A DNA stretch of 64,000 nt from assembly GCA_051004255.1 (NCBI GenBank), contig JBPCKN010000012.1, positions 23,119 to 87,118 on the forward strand, in the 5' to 3' direction. Source of the DNA: Chitinophagaceae bacterium (GTDB lineage: Bacteria > Bacteroidota > Bacteroidia > Chitinophagales > Chitinophagaceae). Every line of letters begins with the position of its first letter. The stretch's first letter is position 1. This document shows positions 1 to 9,493 of the stretch, one piece after another. Made by a program: the position numbers and the translations under genes. The notes under the pieces were generated by a model. The model had not been told where the DNA came from, searched no databases, and saw only the letters and a program-made list of their open reading frames with translations.

Positions 1-887
1 TTCCTGTTTTGTACAACGAAGTGTTGGAAGGTTTGCAAATTAAACCGGATGGAATTTATGTTGATTGCACTTTTGGCGGCGGCGGGCATAGCAAAGGAAT
101 TTTAGAAAAATTAAATGCTAACGGAAAAATTATTGCTTTCGACCAGGATGAAAATGCGCAGAAAAATGTTTCGGATGATAAAAGAATAATTTTTGTGCCG
201 CATAATTTTCGACATCTGCAAAGGTTTTTGAGACTGTATAAAATTGAAAAGGTTGATGGAATTCTTGCTGATCTTGGTGTTAGCAGTTTTCAGTTTAATG
301 AAGCTGAGCGAGGGTTTTCAACAAGATTTAACGGTCCGCTCGATATGCGAATGGACAAGCGTCAGCCAATTACTGCACAAAAAATTTTGATAGAATATTC
401 AGAGCAGCAACTGCACAAAATGTTTGAACGAAACGGCGAAGTAACAAATGCAAAAACTTTAGCAAAACATATTGTGCAAAATCGGTCGCAGCAAGCGTTT
501 AAAACAATTATTGAATTTATTGCGTTGTTGCGGCCGGGTGTAAAAGGCAATCCAAAAAAATATTTGGCGCAGGTTTTTCAGGCGTTGCGAATTGAAGTAA
601 ATGATGAAATGAATGCATTAAAAGAAATGTTGCAACAGGTTCCTGAAGTGTTGAAAAAAGATGGAAGAATTGCAGTTATTAGTTTTCATTCGATTGAAGA
701 CAAAATTGTAAAAAATTTTTTTAAACATGGAAGCCTTGAAGAGAAAGAAGAAAATCCATTCGAAACAACTGAGAAAAAAAATGTATTCAAATTGATAACA
801 AAAAAACCGGTTGTTCCAACAGAAGAAGAGATAAAAAGTAATCCGCGAAGCCGCAGTGCAAAATTAAGAATCGCTGAGGTGGTTTAG
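1..887 (+). CDS. rsmH: 16S rRNA (cytosine1402-N4)-methyltransferase RsmH/MraW, 5'-truncated by the window edge
   Basis: The reading frame is open to the window start (PVLYNEVLEGL matches the conserved PVL start region). SAM-binding motif DCTFGGGGHS is present. It sits ahead of ftsL-ftsI. Confidence 0.9.
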   Translation, partial: PVLYNEVLEGLQIKPDGIYVDCTFGGGGHSKGILEKLNANGKIIAFDQDENAQKNVSDDKRIIFVPHNFRHLQRFLRLYKIEKVDGILADLGVSSFQFNEAERGFSTRFNGPLDMRMDKRQPITAQKILIEYSEQQLHKMFERNGEVTNAKTLAKHIVQNRSQQAFKTIIEFIALLRPGVKGNPKKYLAQVFQALRIEVNDEMNALKEMLQQVPEVLKKDGRIAVISFHSIEDKIVKNFFKHGSLEEKEENPFETTEKKNVFKLITKKPVVPTEEEIKSNPRSRSAKLRIAEVV

Positions 888-927
888 ACCATGCTAAAAT
901 GATAAAACGCTTTATGAATTCGGGAAT

Positions 928-947
928 CCCTCTCCTGGCGGAGAGGG
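928..947. repeat. Short GC hairpin CCCTCTC-CTGGCG-GAGAGGG in the rsmH-ftsL spacer
   Basis: A 7-bp stem read directly. The flanking GAACGAGGGTGAGG belongs to a word type commonly seen in Bacteroidota spacers. Confidence 0.6.
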
Positions 948-981
948 AACGAGGGTGAGGCTGATGCACAAAGAACAGAAA

Positions 982-1040
982 GTTCAAGAGTGCGACGCAA
1001 CGAAGATGCCATGAAAAACTAAAGCTGACATCAAAAAAAA
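982..1040 (+). repeat. Bipartite intergenic element, copy A (core-first; ends 2 nt before the ftsL ATG)
   Basis: GTTCAAGAGTGCGACGCAACGAAGATGCC...AAAGCTGACATCAAAAAAAA. Confidence 0.85.
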
Positions 1041-1042
1041 TT

Positions 1043-1396
1043 ATGGAAGAACAACAAAATATAAAAAAAGAAAAAACAATTAATCCTTTAACGGGCTTGG
1101 GCAGCAGTTTGTTTTATTACAAATGGATAACAAAAAATATTGGGTTTTTTTTATTTATTGCTTCGCTTGCTGTTGTGTACATCGCGAACGGACATAAGGC
1201 TGACCAAATGCTGCGCGACATTGATGCAACACAAAAAAATGTGAAGGAATTGCAGTACGAATATAAAACGCTGAAGAGCGAAATGATTTTTAAAACGCGC
1301 GAAGCAGAAGTGGTGGAAGCCGCGCAGCCACTGGGTTTGCAGCTGCCGACTGAACCGCCGATGCGAATAAAAAAAGAAACAACAAAAACAAAATAA
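1043..1396 (+). CDS. FtsL-like small bitopic division protein
   Basis: 117-aa ORF between rsmH and ftsI with one TM helix (IGFFLFIASLAVVYIA) followed by a charged helical region. The call is positional. Confidence 0.6.
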   Translation: MEEQQNIKKEKTINPLTGLGSSLFYYKWITKNIGFFLFIASLAVVYIANGHKADQMLRDIDATQKNVKELQYEYKTLKSEMIFKTREAEVVEAAQPLGLQLPTEPPMRIKKETTKTK

Positions 1397-1460
1397 TGTA
1401 CAATTGCCGCATGAAAAAAGTTGCTAACCAAATTATTTTTCCAAAAAAAACATTCGCCAA

Positions 1461-3593
1461 TTGGAAGTAAAACGCGACATATTATGGCGAGTGTATCTCT
1501 GTTTTATTGCAGTGGTAATTGTATGCGCAGTAATTATTTCTAAAGCATTTATTATTCAGCAAGTGCAGGGAAAATATTGGCGCAGCATGAGTGATAGCCT
1601 GCATCAAAAAATTGAAGAAATTGATGCAGACCGCGGAACAATTTACAGCGAAGACGGGCAAATGCTTAGCACCAGTATTCCGCAATTTGATATTTATATT
1701 GATTTTGGTGCAGATGGCCTGCGTGAAAATAACGGCAAAATTTTTAAGCAAAATCTTGATTCATTGAGTTATGATTTATCACATCTTTTTAAAGACAGAA
1801 GCGAAGGCGAATACAAAAAATTATTGGAAGATGGATTCACATCGCAGGAGCGATATTTTTTATTGAAGAAAAAAATTTCGTTTGAAGATTATCAGCAATT
1901 AAAACAATTTCCGCTTGTGCGTTTGGGAAAAAATAAAAGTGGATTTATTGCTGAAACAAAAAATATTCGTTTAAATCCTTATCAATTACTTGCATACAGA
2001 ACAATTGGATTAGACAGAGCAAATTCGCAAAAAGTAGGGTTGGAAAAAACTTACGATAGTGTGCTGAAAGGCATAACTGGTCAGCGTTTGGTAAGATATA
2101 TTTCCGGCGGAGTTGCAGTTCCGGTTGATGATAGCAACTTGCAAATTGAACCTGAAAATGGAAAAGATATTGTTACAACGCTCGATATGCATATTCAGGA
2201 AATAACAGAAAATGCATTAATGAAAATGATGATTTCAAACCAGGCAGAACACGGCTGCGCAATTGTTATGGAAGTAAAAACCGGAAAAATAAAAGCAATT
2301 GCAAATCTTGGCAAAAGAACCGATGGAAATTATTGGGAAGATTTTAATTATGCCTTAACGCCAACAGAGCCTGGTTCAACTTTTAAATTGGTTACTTTAT
2401 TGAGCGCTTTAGAAGATAAAAAAGTTTTATTGTCAAGTGCTGTAAATCTTGGCGGCGGAACCTGGCAAATAAATGGTGAAACGGTTTACGATGATGAAAA
2501 GCATGGCGCTGAGGAATCAAATTCAACTGTAAAACGAGCTTTCGAATTAAGCTCAAATGTTGGTTTGGCAAAAGTTGCGTACAGCAGTTACTACAATAAT
2601 CCTTCGCAATTTATTCATCATATTCAAAATTTAAATTTAGATACACTCACAGGAATTGATTTAGCCGGCGAGCAACATCCAATTATTTACAATCCGGGAA
2701 ATAAATATTGGAGCGCTACAACGCTGCCCTGGATGGCGTTTGGGTACAATCTTGCCATCACACCTTTACACACGGCGATGTTATATAACGCAGTTGCAAA
2801 CAGAGGAAAAATGATGAAACCTTTTTTGGTAAAAGATGAGCAGCAAGATGGGAAAATTATAAGAACATTTCAGCCAACCGTTTTGCACGATTCTATTTGC
2901 AGCAAAAAAACCTTAAGCGAATTGCTCGAATGTTTGAAAGGAGTTTGTGCTGACAGCGGCGCAACAGCTTACACTTTGTTCAAAGGTTCGCCTTATCAAG
3001 TTGCCGGAAAAACAGGCACAGCGCTGGTTGCAGAAGGTTCGCAAGGTTATGCTGCTCATATTTATCAATCAACTTTCGCCGGGTTTTTTCCTGCTGATAA
3101 TCCGCAATTTACTTGCGTTGTTGTTATAAAAAATAAACCAAATGCTACAAAGTTCTATGGTGCGGTTGTGGCTGGTCCTGTATTCAAAGAAATTGCTGAC
3201 AGATTATACACGGTGTACATCAAACAAGGCACCCAAACAATGTATGCAAATATCGAAAAAACAGATAGTTCATTTTATAATTATGATGGAATGAGCAATG
3301 AAATGAAGCTCGTACTTCATAAACTGGGCGTAGGTTTTAGCGATTCATCAAATAAAAATAATTCATGGATGAAATTATATAGGCAAACCTCAAATCCGGT
3401 TGCAAGCAGTGTACAAATGAGCAATAGACAAATGCCGCAATTAGCAGGATTAGGTTTGAAAGATGCAATTTTTATTTGTGAAAATTTAGGATTAAAAGTG
3501 AGTGCAAAAGGAATTGGAAAGGTAACAGCGCAATCAATTTCAGCAGGTTCATTATTCTCAAAAGGTCAGTCAATAAATATACAATTAAACTAA
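1461..3593 (+). CDS. ftsI: Penicillin-binding protein 3 / FtsI transpeptidase
   Basis: N-terminal TM anchor and transpeptidase motifs STFK, SSN and KTGT. The C-terminal tail is PASTA-like. A TTG start is assumed. Confidence 0.9.
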   Translation: MEVKRDILWRVYLCFIAVVIVCAVIISKAFIIQQVQGKYWRSMSDSLHQKIEEIDADRGTIYSEDGQMLSTSIPQFDIYIDFGADGLRENNGKIFKQNLDSLSYDLSHLFKDRSEGEYKKLLEDGFTSQERYFLLKKKISFEDYQQLKQFPLVRLGKNKSGFIAETKNIRLNPYQLLAYRTIGLDRANSQKVGLEKTYDSVLKGITGQRLVRYISGGVAVPVDDSNLQIEPENGKDIVTTLDMHIQEITENALMKMMISNQAEHGCAIVMEVKTGKIKAIANLGKRTDGNYWEDFNYALTPTEPGSTFKLVTLLSALEDKKVLLSSAVNLGGGTWQINGETVYDDEKHGAEESNSTVKRAFELSSNVGLAKVAYSSYYNNPSQFIHHIQNLNLDTLTGIDLAGEQHPIIYNPGNKYWSATTLPWMAFGYNLAITPLHTAMLYNAVANRGKMMKPFLVKDEQQDGKIIRTFQPTVLHDSICSKKTLSELLECLKGVCADSGATAYTLFKGSPYQVAGKTGTALVAEGSQGYAAHIYQSTFAGFFPADNPQFTCVVVIKNKPNATKFYGAVVAGPVFKEIADRLYTVYIKQGTQTMYANIEKTDSSFYNYDGMSNEMKLVLHKLGVGFSDSSNKNNSWMKLYRQTSNPVASSVQMSNRQMPQLAGLGLKDAIFICENLGLKVSAKGIGKVTAQSISAGSLFSKGQSINIQLN

Positions 3594-3600
3594 AAATAGG

Positions 3601-5064
3601 TTGGCAAAACTTCAGGACATATTGTATAAAGTTCGTCTTCAATCAGTGCATGGCCCAACCGATGTGCAGATAAAAGATGTGCAAATTGATTCACGAAAAA
3701 TATCTGAAGGTTCTTTGTTTGCTGCAATTCGCGGCGAAAAAACTGACGGACATAATTTTATTAATAAAGCTATTTCAGCCGGTACAAAGGTTATTGTTTG
3801 TGAAGAAATGCCAAGCTCTTTCACCGATAATATTTCTTACATTAAAGTAAATAATACACACGAAGCCGTTGCATATATCGCGCATAATTTTTACGGCGAG
3901 CCATCAACCAAAATAAAACTTATTGGCGTTACCGGAACGAACGGTAAAACAACAATTGCCACTTTATTATTTAAGCTTTTTTCTCAGTTAAATTATAAAT
4001 GCGGATTGATAAGCACGGTGCAAAATCAAATTGCTGAAACAGTTGTTCCTGCCACACATACAACGCCCGATGCAATCAGTTTAAACGCTTTGCTTAAAAA
4101 AATGGTTGATGAAAATTGTACGCATGTCTTTATGGAATGCAGCAGTCACGCAATTCACCAGCATCGCATTACAGCTTTGCAATTTGCAGGAGGAATTTTC
4201 AGCAACATCACACACGAGCATTTGGATTATCATAAAACATTTGATGAGTACATAAAAGTAAAAAAATCTTTCTTCGATAATTTGTCATCCAATGCGTTTG
4301 CGCTTTCAAATATGGATGATAAAAGAGGAACAGTGATGCTGCAAAATACACAAGCAAAAAAATATTATTACAGCTTAAAAACCGTTGCCGATTTTAAAGG
4401 AAAGATTTTAGAAAATGCACTTACAGGTTTGTTGATGCTGATAAATGAAAAAGAAGTTCATTTCAGATTGATTGGTGAATTCAATGCATATAATCTTTTA
4501 GCTGTTTACGGAACAGCAATTTGCTTGGGTGAAAACAGTGAAAACGTTTTACGTATTTTAAGTTCCTTAACCGGCGCAGAAGGAAGATTTGACTACATCA
4601 TCAGCAAAAAAAATATTATTGGAATTGTGGATTACGCGCATACGCCTGATGCCCTGGAAAATGTTTTAACAACAATAAAAAAATTACGTAAAGGGTATGA
4701 AAAAGTTATCACTGTTGTTGGCTGCGGCGGTGACAGAGATAAAGCTAAAAGACCAGTAATGGCACAGGTTGCAGCCGATTTAAGTGATAAAGTAATTTTT
4801 ACAAGCGATAACCCGCGCAGCGAAAATCCGCAACAAATTTTGGACGAGATGAAAGCTGGATTGAACAGCGCTGCAAAAAGAAAATCGGAATTTATTATTG
4901 ACAGAAAAGAGGCAATAAAAAAATCTGTGAAAGAAGCAAATAAAGAGGATATCATTTTGCTTGCAGGAAAAGGACATGAAAAATATCAGATAATTAATGG
5001 CAGGAATTTGCACTTTGATGATAAAGAAGTATTGAAAGAAATGTTTGAAAAATTAGGAAAGTAA
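3601..5064 (+). CDS. murE: UDP-MurNAc-L-Ala-D-Glu:meso-diaminopimelate ligase
   Basis: Mur ligase P-loop GVTGTNGKTT and a DNPR motif typical of DAP-adding MurE. dcw position fits. A TTG start is assumed. Confidence 0.92.
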   Translation: MAKLQDILYKVRLQSVHGPTDVQIKDVQIDSRKISEGSLFAAIRGEKTDGHNFINKAISAGTKVIVCEEMPSSFTDNISYIKVNNTHEAVAYIAHNFYGEPSTKIKLIGVTGTNGKTTIATLLFKLFSQLNYKCGLISTVQNQIAETVVPATHTTPDAISLNALLKKMVDENCTHVFMECSSHAIHQHRITALQFAGGIFSNITHEHLDYHKTFDEYIKVKKSFFDNLSSNAFALSNMDDKRGTVMLQNTQAKKYYYSLKTVADFKGKILENALTGLLMLINEKEVHFRLIGEFNAYNLLAVYGTAICLGENSENVLRILSSLTGAEGRFDYIISKKNIIGIVDYAHTPDALENVLTTIKKLRKGYEKVITVVGCGGDRDKAKRPVMAQVAADLSDKVIFTSDNPRSENPQQILDEMKAGLNSAAKRKSEFIIDRKEAIKKSVKEANKEDIILLAGKGHEKYQIINGRNLHFDDKEVLKEMFEKLGK

Positions 5065-5125
5065 TTAATTGTTAATGACTAATTGTTAATCGAGAAACCA
5101 TCAATTACCGACAATCAACTAAAAT

Positions 5126-6433
5126 ATGCTTTACTATTTATTCAATTGGCTAAAAAAGGAATTTAATGTAAGCGGAGCAGGGCTGTTTCAATACATTACT
5201 TTCCGCGCAGCAATGGCAGTTATTCTGTCGTTGCTGATTGCCATTGTTTATGGTAAACGCGTAATAAACTTTTTAAAGGAAAAACAAATTGGCGAAACCG
5301 TTCGCGACCTTGGTTTGGCAGGTGAACAACAAAAAATCGGCACTCCAACTATGGGCGGAATTATTATTATTTTATCCATCGTAATTCCAACATTGTTGTT
5401 TGCAGACCTTGATAAAGTTTACATCCGCCTAATGTTGTTAAGCACTGTATGGCTTGGTATCATTGGGTTTTTGGATGATTACTTTAAAATAAAAGCAAGA
5501 AAAATTGCAGTTGCAAAAGGCGAAACTTATCAGAAAAACGACAGGCATGGTTTAGCGGGAACCACAAAAATAATTGGTCAGGTTGGGTTGGGAATTATTG
5601 TTGGTCTCACTCTTTATTTTAATAACAATGTTGTGGTTGAAAGGGAAATTATTTCTGCGCAGGGCGATACAACAGCCGTACATACCGGCGAAAAATCATT
5701 GAATATCGTAACAAGAAATATTAACGGACAAAACAGAAGATTCGCAATTGTAAAAACGCCCATCACTACAATTCCATTTGTAAAAACGCATGAATTTAAT
5801 TACAGTAAGTTGATTAGTTGGATGGGCAGCGGCGCAGAAAATTATACATGGATAATTTATATTTTAATTGTAACATTTATTATCACTGCAGTTTCAAACG
5901 GCGCAAATATTACAGATGGTTTAGATGGTTTAGCGGGCGGCGTTAGCGCAATTATCGGTGCCGGCATCGGTGTTTTTGTTTACGCAAGCGGCAACTCGCG
6001 CATTGCCGATTATCTCAACGTAATGTACATTCCCGACCTCGGCGAGCTCTCCGTCTTTATCGCGTCATTCGTTGGCGCGTGTATCGGCTTCCTTTGGTAC
6101 AACGCGTACCCGGCACAGGTTTTCATGGGCGACACCGGAAGTCTGGCGCTTGGCGGCATCATCGCTTCGCTCGCAATTATCGTGCGAAAAGAATTATTAA
6201 TTCCCATTTTTTGTGGCGTGTTTTTGATAGAAAATCTGAGCGTGATTTTACAAGTAAGTTATTTCAAATACACAAAAAGAAAATTTGGTGCAGGACGAAG
6301 AATTTTTTTAATGAGCCCGTTGCATCATCATTTTCAAAAGAAAGGTTATCAGGAAAATAAAATAGCAATGCGGTTTTGGATTATCACACTTATTTGTGTG
6401 GTGCTTTCAATTGCGACGTTGAAAATAAGATAG
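5126..6433 (+). CDS. mraY: Phospho-N-acetylmuramoyl-pentapeptide transferase
   Basis: Polytopic membrane protein with [11 protein letters not shown] and PLHHHF motifs, in the dcw position. Confidence 0.93.
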   Translation: MLYYLFNWLKKEFNVSGAGLFQYITFRAAMAVILSLLIAIVYGKRVINFLKEKQIGETVRDLGLAGEQQKIGTPTMGGIIIILSIVIPTLLFADLDKVYIRLMLLSTVWLGIIGFLDDYFKIKARKIAVAKGETYQKNDRHGLAGTTKIIGQVGLGIIVGLTLYFNNNVVVEREIISAQGDTTAVHTGEKSLNIVTRNINGQNRRFAIVKTPITTIPFVKTHEFNYSKLISWMGSGAENYTWIIYILIVTFIITAVSNGANITDGLDGLAGGVSAIIGAGIGVFVYASGNSRIADYLNVMYIPDLGELSVFIASFVGACIGFLWYNAYPAQVFMGDTGSLALGGIIASLAIIVRKELLIPIFCGVFLIENLSVILQVSYFKYTKRKFGAGRRIFLMSPLHHHFQKKGYQENKIAMRFWIITLICVVLSIATLKIR

Positions 6434-6475
6434 ATGTATGTACATTGATTTTAAATGAATTATTAGAATGAAAAC

Positions 6476-6532
6476 TATTTTGTTACCGGCATTTGAACAA
6501 GAATTAAGCATCGTTGTGTCACTCACTTGTAC
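6476..6532 (-). repeat. Bipartite intergenic element, copy B (reverse; degenerate core; 42 nt after the mraY stop)
   Basis: GCATCGTTGTGTCACTCACTTGTAC at 6508-6532, preceded by TTGTTACCGGCATTT. Confidence 0.6.
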
Positions 6533-6561
6533 GCCTTGTTCTTTATTCAACAGTCTACGTC

Positions 6562-6630
6562 ATGCTGAATTTATTTCAGCATCTCAACTTAGGTTGAGCT
6601 TTTTAATAAGTCTCTGAAACAAGTTCAGAG
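6562..6630. repeat. Three consecutive small hairpins between copies B and C
   Basis: ATGCTGAA/TTCAGCAT (6562-6582), CTCAAC/GTTGAG (6583-6598), and CTCTGAA/TTCAGAG (6612-6630). Confidence 0.7.
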
Positions 6631-6659
6631 TAACGAGAATTGTTGAATTATTTGTTGCA

Positions 6660-6718
6660 GTACAAGAGTGCGACGCAAGGAACGATGAGAAGGGGAAAAA
6701 AGTTGGGTTCATAAAAAA
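6660..6718 (+). repeat. Bipartite intergenic element, copy C (core-first; ends 10 nt before the murD TTG)
   Basis: GTACAAGAGTGCGACGCAAGGAACGATG...AAAAGTTGGGTTCATAAAAAA. Confidence 0.9.
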
Positions 6719-6728
6719 CATTAATTAA

Positions 6729-8069
6729 TTGAGTGAAAAAATAATCATATTAGGTGCGGCTGAAAGTGGCGTGGGCGCTGCATTGCTGGCAAAACAAAAA
6801 GGTTATAAAGTTTTTGTGAGCGATGAAGGAATGATTAAAGAAAATTACAAAAAAGAGCTCATTGAAAATGAAATTGAGTTTGAAGAAGGCAAACATTCAA
6901 TCGAAAAAATTTTGAATGCAGATGAAATTGTAAAGAGTCCGGGCATTCCTGAAAAGAATGAAATGGTAAAAAAAATTCGTGCGAAAAATATTCCCGTAAT
7001 CAGTGAGATCGAGCTCGCATACAAGTTTAAAGGCGACAGCAAAATTGTTGCAATCACCGGCAGCAACGGAAAAAGCACAACAACCGCAATGATTTATCAC
7101 ATCTGCAAAACTGCCGGACTCAATTGCGCGCTGGTTGGAAATATTGGTTACTCTTTTGCAAAACAAATAGCAGAAAATCCAAAACCGTTGTACGTGGCAG
7201 AGATTAGTTCTTTTCAATTAGATGATATAAAAAATTTTCGAGCAAATATTTCGGTGCTTTTGAACATTACAGAAGATCATTTAGACAGGTACGAATATAA
7301 TTTTGAAAACTATATCAATAGTAAATTCAGTATCATTCAAAACTCAACCAGTGAAGATTATTTTATTTACTGCGACGACGATGAAGTGATAAAAAAAAAA
7401 TTAGAAGCAATGAGACTTATTACTAACCCAATCCCATTTTCAATGAAACACGAACTAACTAACGGCGCCTGGATAAAAAACAACCAAATGATGCTGCGTG
7501 TGCAGGAAGAACGAATGAGCATGAGCATTTATGATTTTGCACTGAAAGGAAAACACAATCAATACAATACAATGGCAGCAAGCATTGCAGCCACAACGCT
7601 TGGAATAAAAAAAGAAAAAATCCGCGAAGCGGTTACAAATTTTGAAAGCCTTGAACATCGTATGGAGCATGTTGCAACCGTTCGTGGAATTGAATTTATA
7701 AACGACAGTAAAGCAACAAATGTAAACAGCACCTGGTATGCCTTGGAAAGTATGAATAAACCAACCATTTTAATTTTAGGCGGCCTCGATAAAGGCAACG
7801 ATTATAATTTAATTAAAGATTTAGTAAAGGAAAAAGTAAAAGCAATTGTGTGTATGGGAATTGATAACAAAAAAATTTATGAGGCATTTAAAGATGTTGT
7901 TGAAAATATTGTTGACACGCAGAGCGCAAAAGATGCAGTAGAAAAAAGTTTTCAATTATCAGCAAAAGGTGATGTGGTTTTGTTAAGTCCGGCTTGCGCA
8001 AGTTTTGATTTGTTTAAAAATTATGAAGACCGAGGCCGGCAGTTTAAGCAGGCGGTGAAAGATTTATAA
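6729..8069 (+). CDS. murD: UDP-MurNAc-L-alanine:D-glutamate ligase
   Basis: N-terminal Rossmann-like GAAESGVGAA and P-loop GSNGKSTT. A TTG start is assumed. dcw position fits. Confidence 0.9.
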   Translation: MSEKIIILGAAESGVGAALLAKQKGYKVFVSDEGMIKENYKKELIENEIEFEEGKHSIEKILNADEIVKSPGIPEKNEMVKKIRAKNIPVISEIELAYKFKGDSKIVAITGSNGKSTTTAMIYHICKTAGLNCALVGNIGYSFAKQIAENPKPLYVAEISSFQLDDIKNFRANISVLLNITEDHLDRYEYNFENYINSKFSIIQNSTSEDYFIYCDDDEVIKKKLEAMRLITNPIPFSMKHELTNGAWIKNNQMMLRVQEERMSMSIYDFALKGKHNQYNTMAASIAATTLGIKKEKIREAVTNFESLEHRMEHVATVRGIEFINDSKATNVNSTWYALESMNKPTILILGGLDKGNDYNLIKDLVKEKVKAIVCMGIDNKKIYEAFKDVVENIVDTQSAKDAVEKSFQLSAKGDVVLLSPACASFDLFKNYEDRGRQFKQAVKDL

Positions 8070-8140
8070 ATGTAAGATGTACAATGTACGATGTTAGATG
8101 TGTTTTCTAAATCGTACATCATACATCGTAAATCGTACAT
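8070..8140. repeat. TACGATG-word spacer with a hairpin (murD-ftsW)
   Basis: ATGTACGAT (8084-8092) pairs with ATCGTACAT (8111-8119, or the second copy at 8132-8140). The 5' part ATGTAAGATGTAC..GTACGATGTT recurs at 22762-22794. Confidence 0.6.
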
Positions 8141-8143
8141 AAA

Positions 8144-9442
8144 ATGAACGACACTTTATTTTCTCAAATTCCTTCTCCGCAAAAGGTTGGCGGCCATTTG
8201 CTTAACAAAACAAAAGGTGACCAAATTATTTGGGGAATTGTGATTTTGCTTGCGCTTGCATCTTTGCTTTTAGTGTACAGCGCCACAGGTTCTTTGGCAA
8301 TTAAAATGTACAATGGCAACACACAAATTTATCTTTTCAAACAATTATCTTTTATCGTTCTTGGCATAATATTAATTTATTTTTTGCACAGAATAAATTA
8401 CACGATTTATTCAAGAATTTCACTTATACTTTTTATCATTTCAATTCCCTTATTAATCTATACTTTATTTTTTGGCACAGAAATAAATGAAGGCAGTCGA
8501 TGGATAAAACTACCTGTTATTAACCTAACCTTTCAAACCAGCGATTTGGCAAAACTTGCATTGTTTATGTATTTATCACGACAGTTAAGTCGCAAGCAAA
8601 ATGTAATTAAGGATTTCAAAAAAGGTTTTCTTCCTTTAATCATTCCGATAATAATTACGTGTGTTTTAATAATGCCCGCAAACCTCTCAAATGCTTTATT
8701 GACAGGCGCTACAGCGTTAATGCTGTTGTTTATTGGTCGCGTAAGTTTTAAACACATTTTATTTATAATTACCGTTGCATTAATTCCGATTGCAATTCTC
8801 GTAATGGTCGCAATAACAACTTATAAAACCAGCGATGCGGAAACTTCAAACACATCGAAAGTTTCTTCTTCATTAAATTCATTTGGGAGATTCGGCACTT
8901 GGGTTAGTCGCGTTCAGGATTATATTTATTCAAAAGATGAAACTTCATCTTATCAAATTCAGCAGGCAAAAATTGCCATTGCAAATGGTGGAATGTTCTT
9001 TGGATTAGGTCCCGGTAACAGCCGTCAAAGAAATTATTTACCCCAGGCTTACAACGATTTTATTTACGCAATTATCATCGAAGAATATGGTTTGCTCGGC
9101 GGCGCATTTATTGCTTTTATTTACCTGCTTTTTTTGTTTCGCTGCATTCGAATTTTTCGAAGATGTCCTTATGCATTCGGCGCGTTTCTCGCCCTGGGAT
9201 TGAGTTTCACACTCGTAATCCAAGCCCTCGCGAACATGGCGGTTAACGTAAACATCGTTCCTGTAACAGGTGTAACGCTGCCGTTAATCAGCATGGGCGG
9301 CAGTTCATTTTTATTCACCTGCGCAGCCATCGGCATCGTGCTAAGCGTTGCAAGAAACGTAGAACAAATGGAAGGAAAAACTTTACAGGTTCAAACAATA
9401 AATAATGAAGAAAATAATATTATGAACCCAACTGAAAAATAA
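8144..9442 (+). CDS. ftsW: SEDS-family peptidoglycan polymerase FtsW
   Basis: About 10 TM segments, a conserved PVTGVTLPLISMGGSS region, and the dcw position. The last ~8 codons lie inside repeat copy D. Confidence 0.9.
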   Translation: MNDTLFSQIPSPQKVGGHLLNKTKGDQIIWGIVILLALASLLLVYSATGSLAIKMYNGNTQIYLFKQLSFIVLGIILIYFLHRINYTIYSRISLILFIISIPLLIYTLFFGTEINEGSRWIKLPVINLTFQTSDLAKLALFMYLSRQLSRKQNVIKDFKKGFLPLIIPIIITCVLIMPANLSNALLTGATALMLLFIGRVSFKHILFIITVALIPIAILVMVAITTYKTSDAETSNTSKVSSSLNSFGRFGTWVSRVQDYIYSKDETSSYQIQQAKIAIANGGMFFGLGPGNSRQRNYLPQAYNDFIYAIIIEEYGLLGGAFIAFIYLLFLFRCIRIFRRCPYAFGAFLALGLSFTLVIQALANMAVNVNIVPVTGVTLPLISMGGSSFLFTCAAIGIVLSVARNVEQMEGKTLQVQTINNEENNIMNPTEK

Positions 9443-9474
9443 GAATGATGCATCGTTGCGTCGCACTCTTGTGC
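9419..9474 (-). repeat. Bipartite intergenic element, copy D (reverse; overlaps the ftsW stop)
   Basis: ATTATGAACCCAACT...GCATCGTTGCGTCGCACTCTTGTGC. The block TATGAACCCAACT is identical to the reverse complement of copy C. Confidence 0.9.
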
Positions 9475-9493
9475 ATTCAGTTCATTATTCAAC

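Noticed and set aside
5065-5125. Word-like AT-rich spacers (TTAATTGTTAATGAC at 5065-5125; AATGAGTAATGA and TTAACGATTAAC words at 13000-13100, 14790-14859, 21780-21840 and 39300-39330)
   Set aside because: These are recurrent short words but lack defined boundaries or consistent secondary structure. I treated them as compositional spacer filler rather than discrete elements.
3601-6433. Absence of murF (and ddl) from the dcw cluster as a possible deletion
   Set aside because: To my knowledge the order murE-mraY-murD-ftsW-murG-murC-ftsQ-ftsA-ftsZ without murF is the normal Bacteroidota arrangement, so this is not an anomaly.
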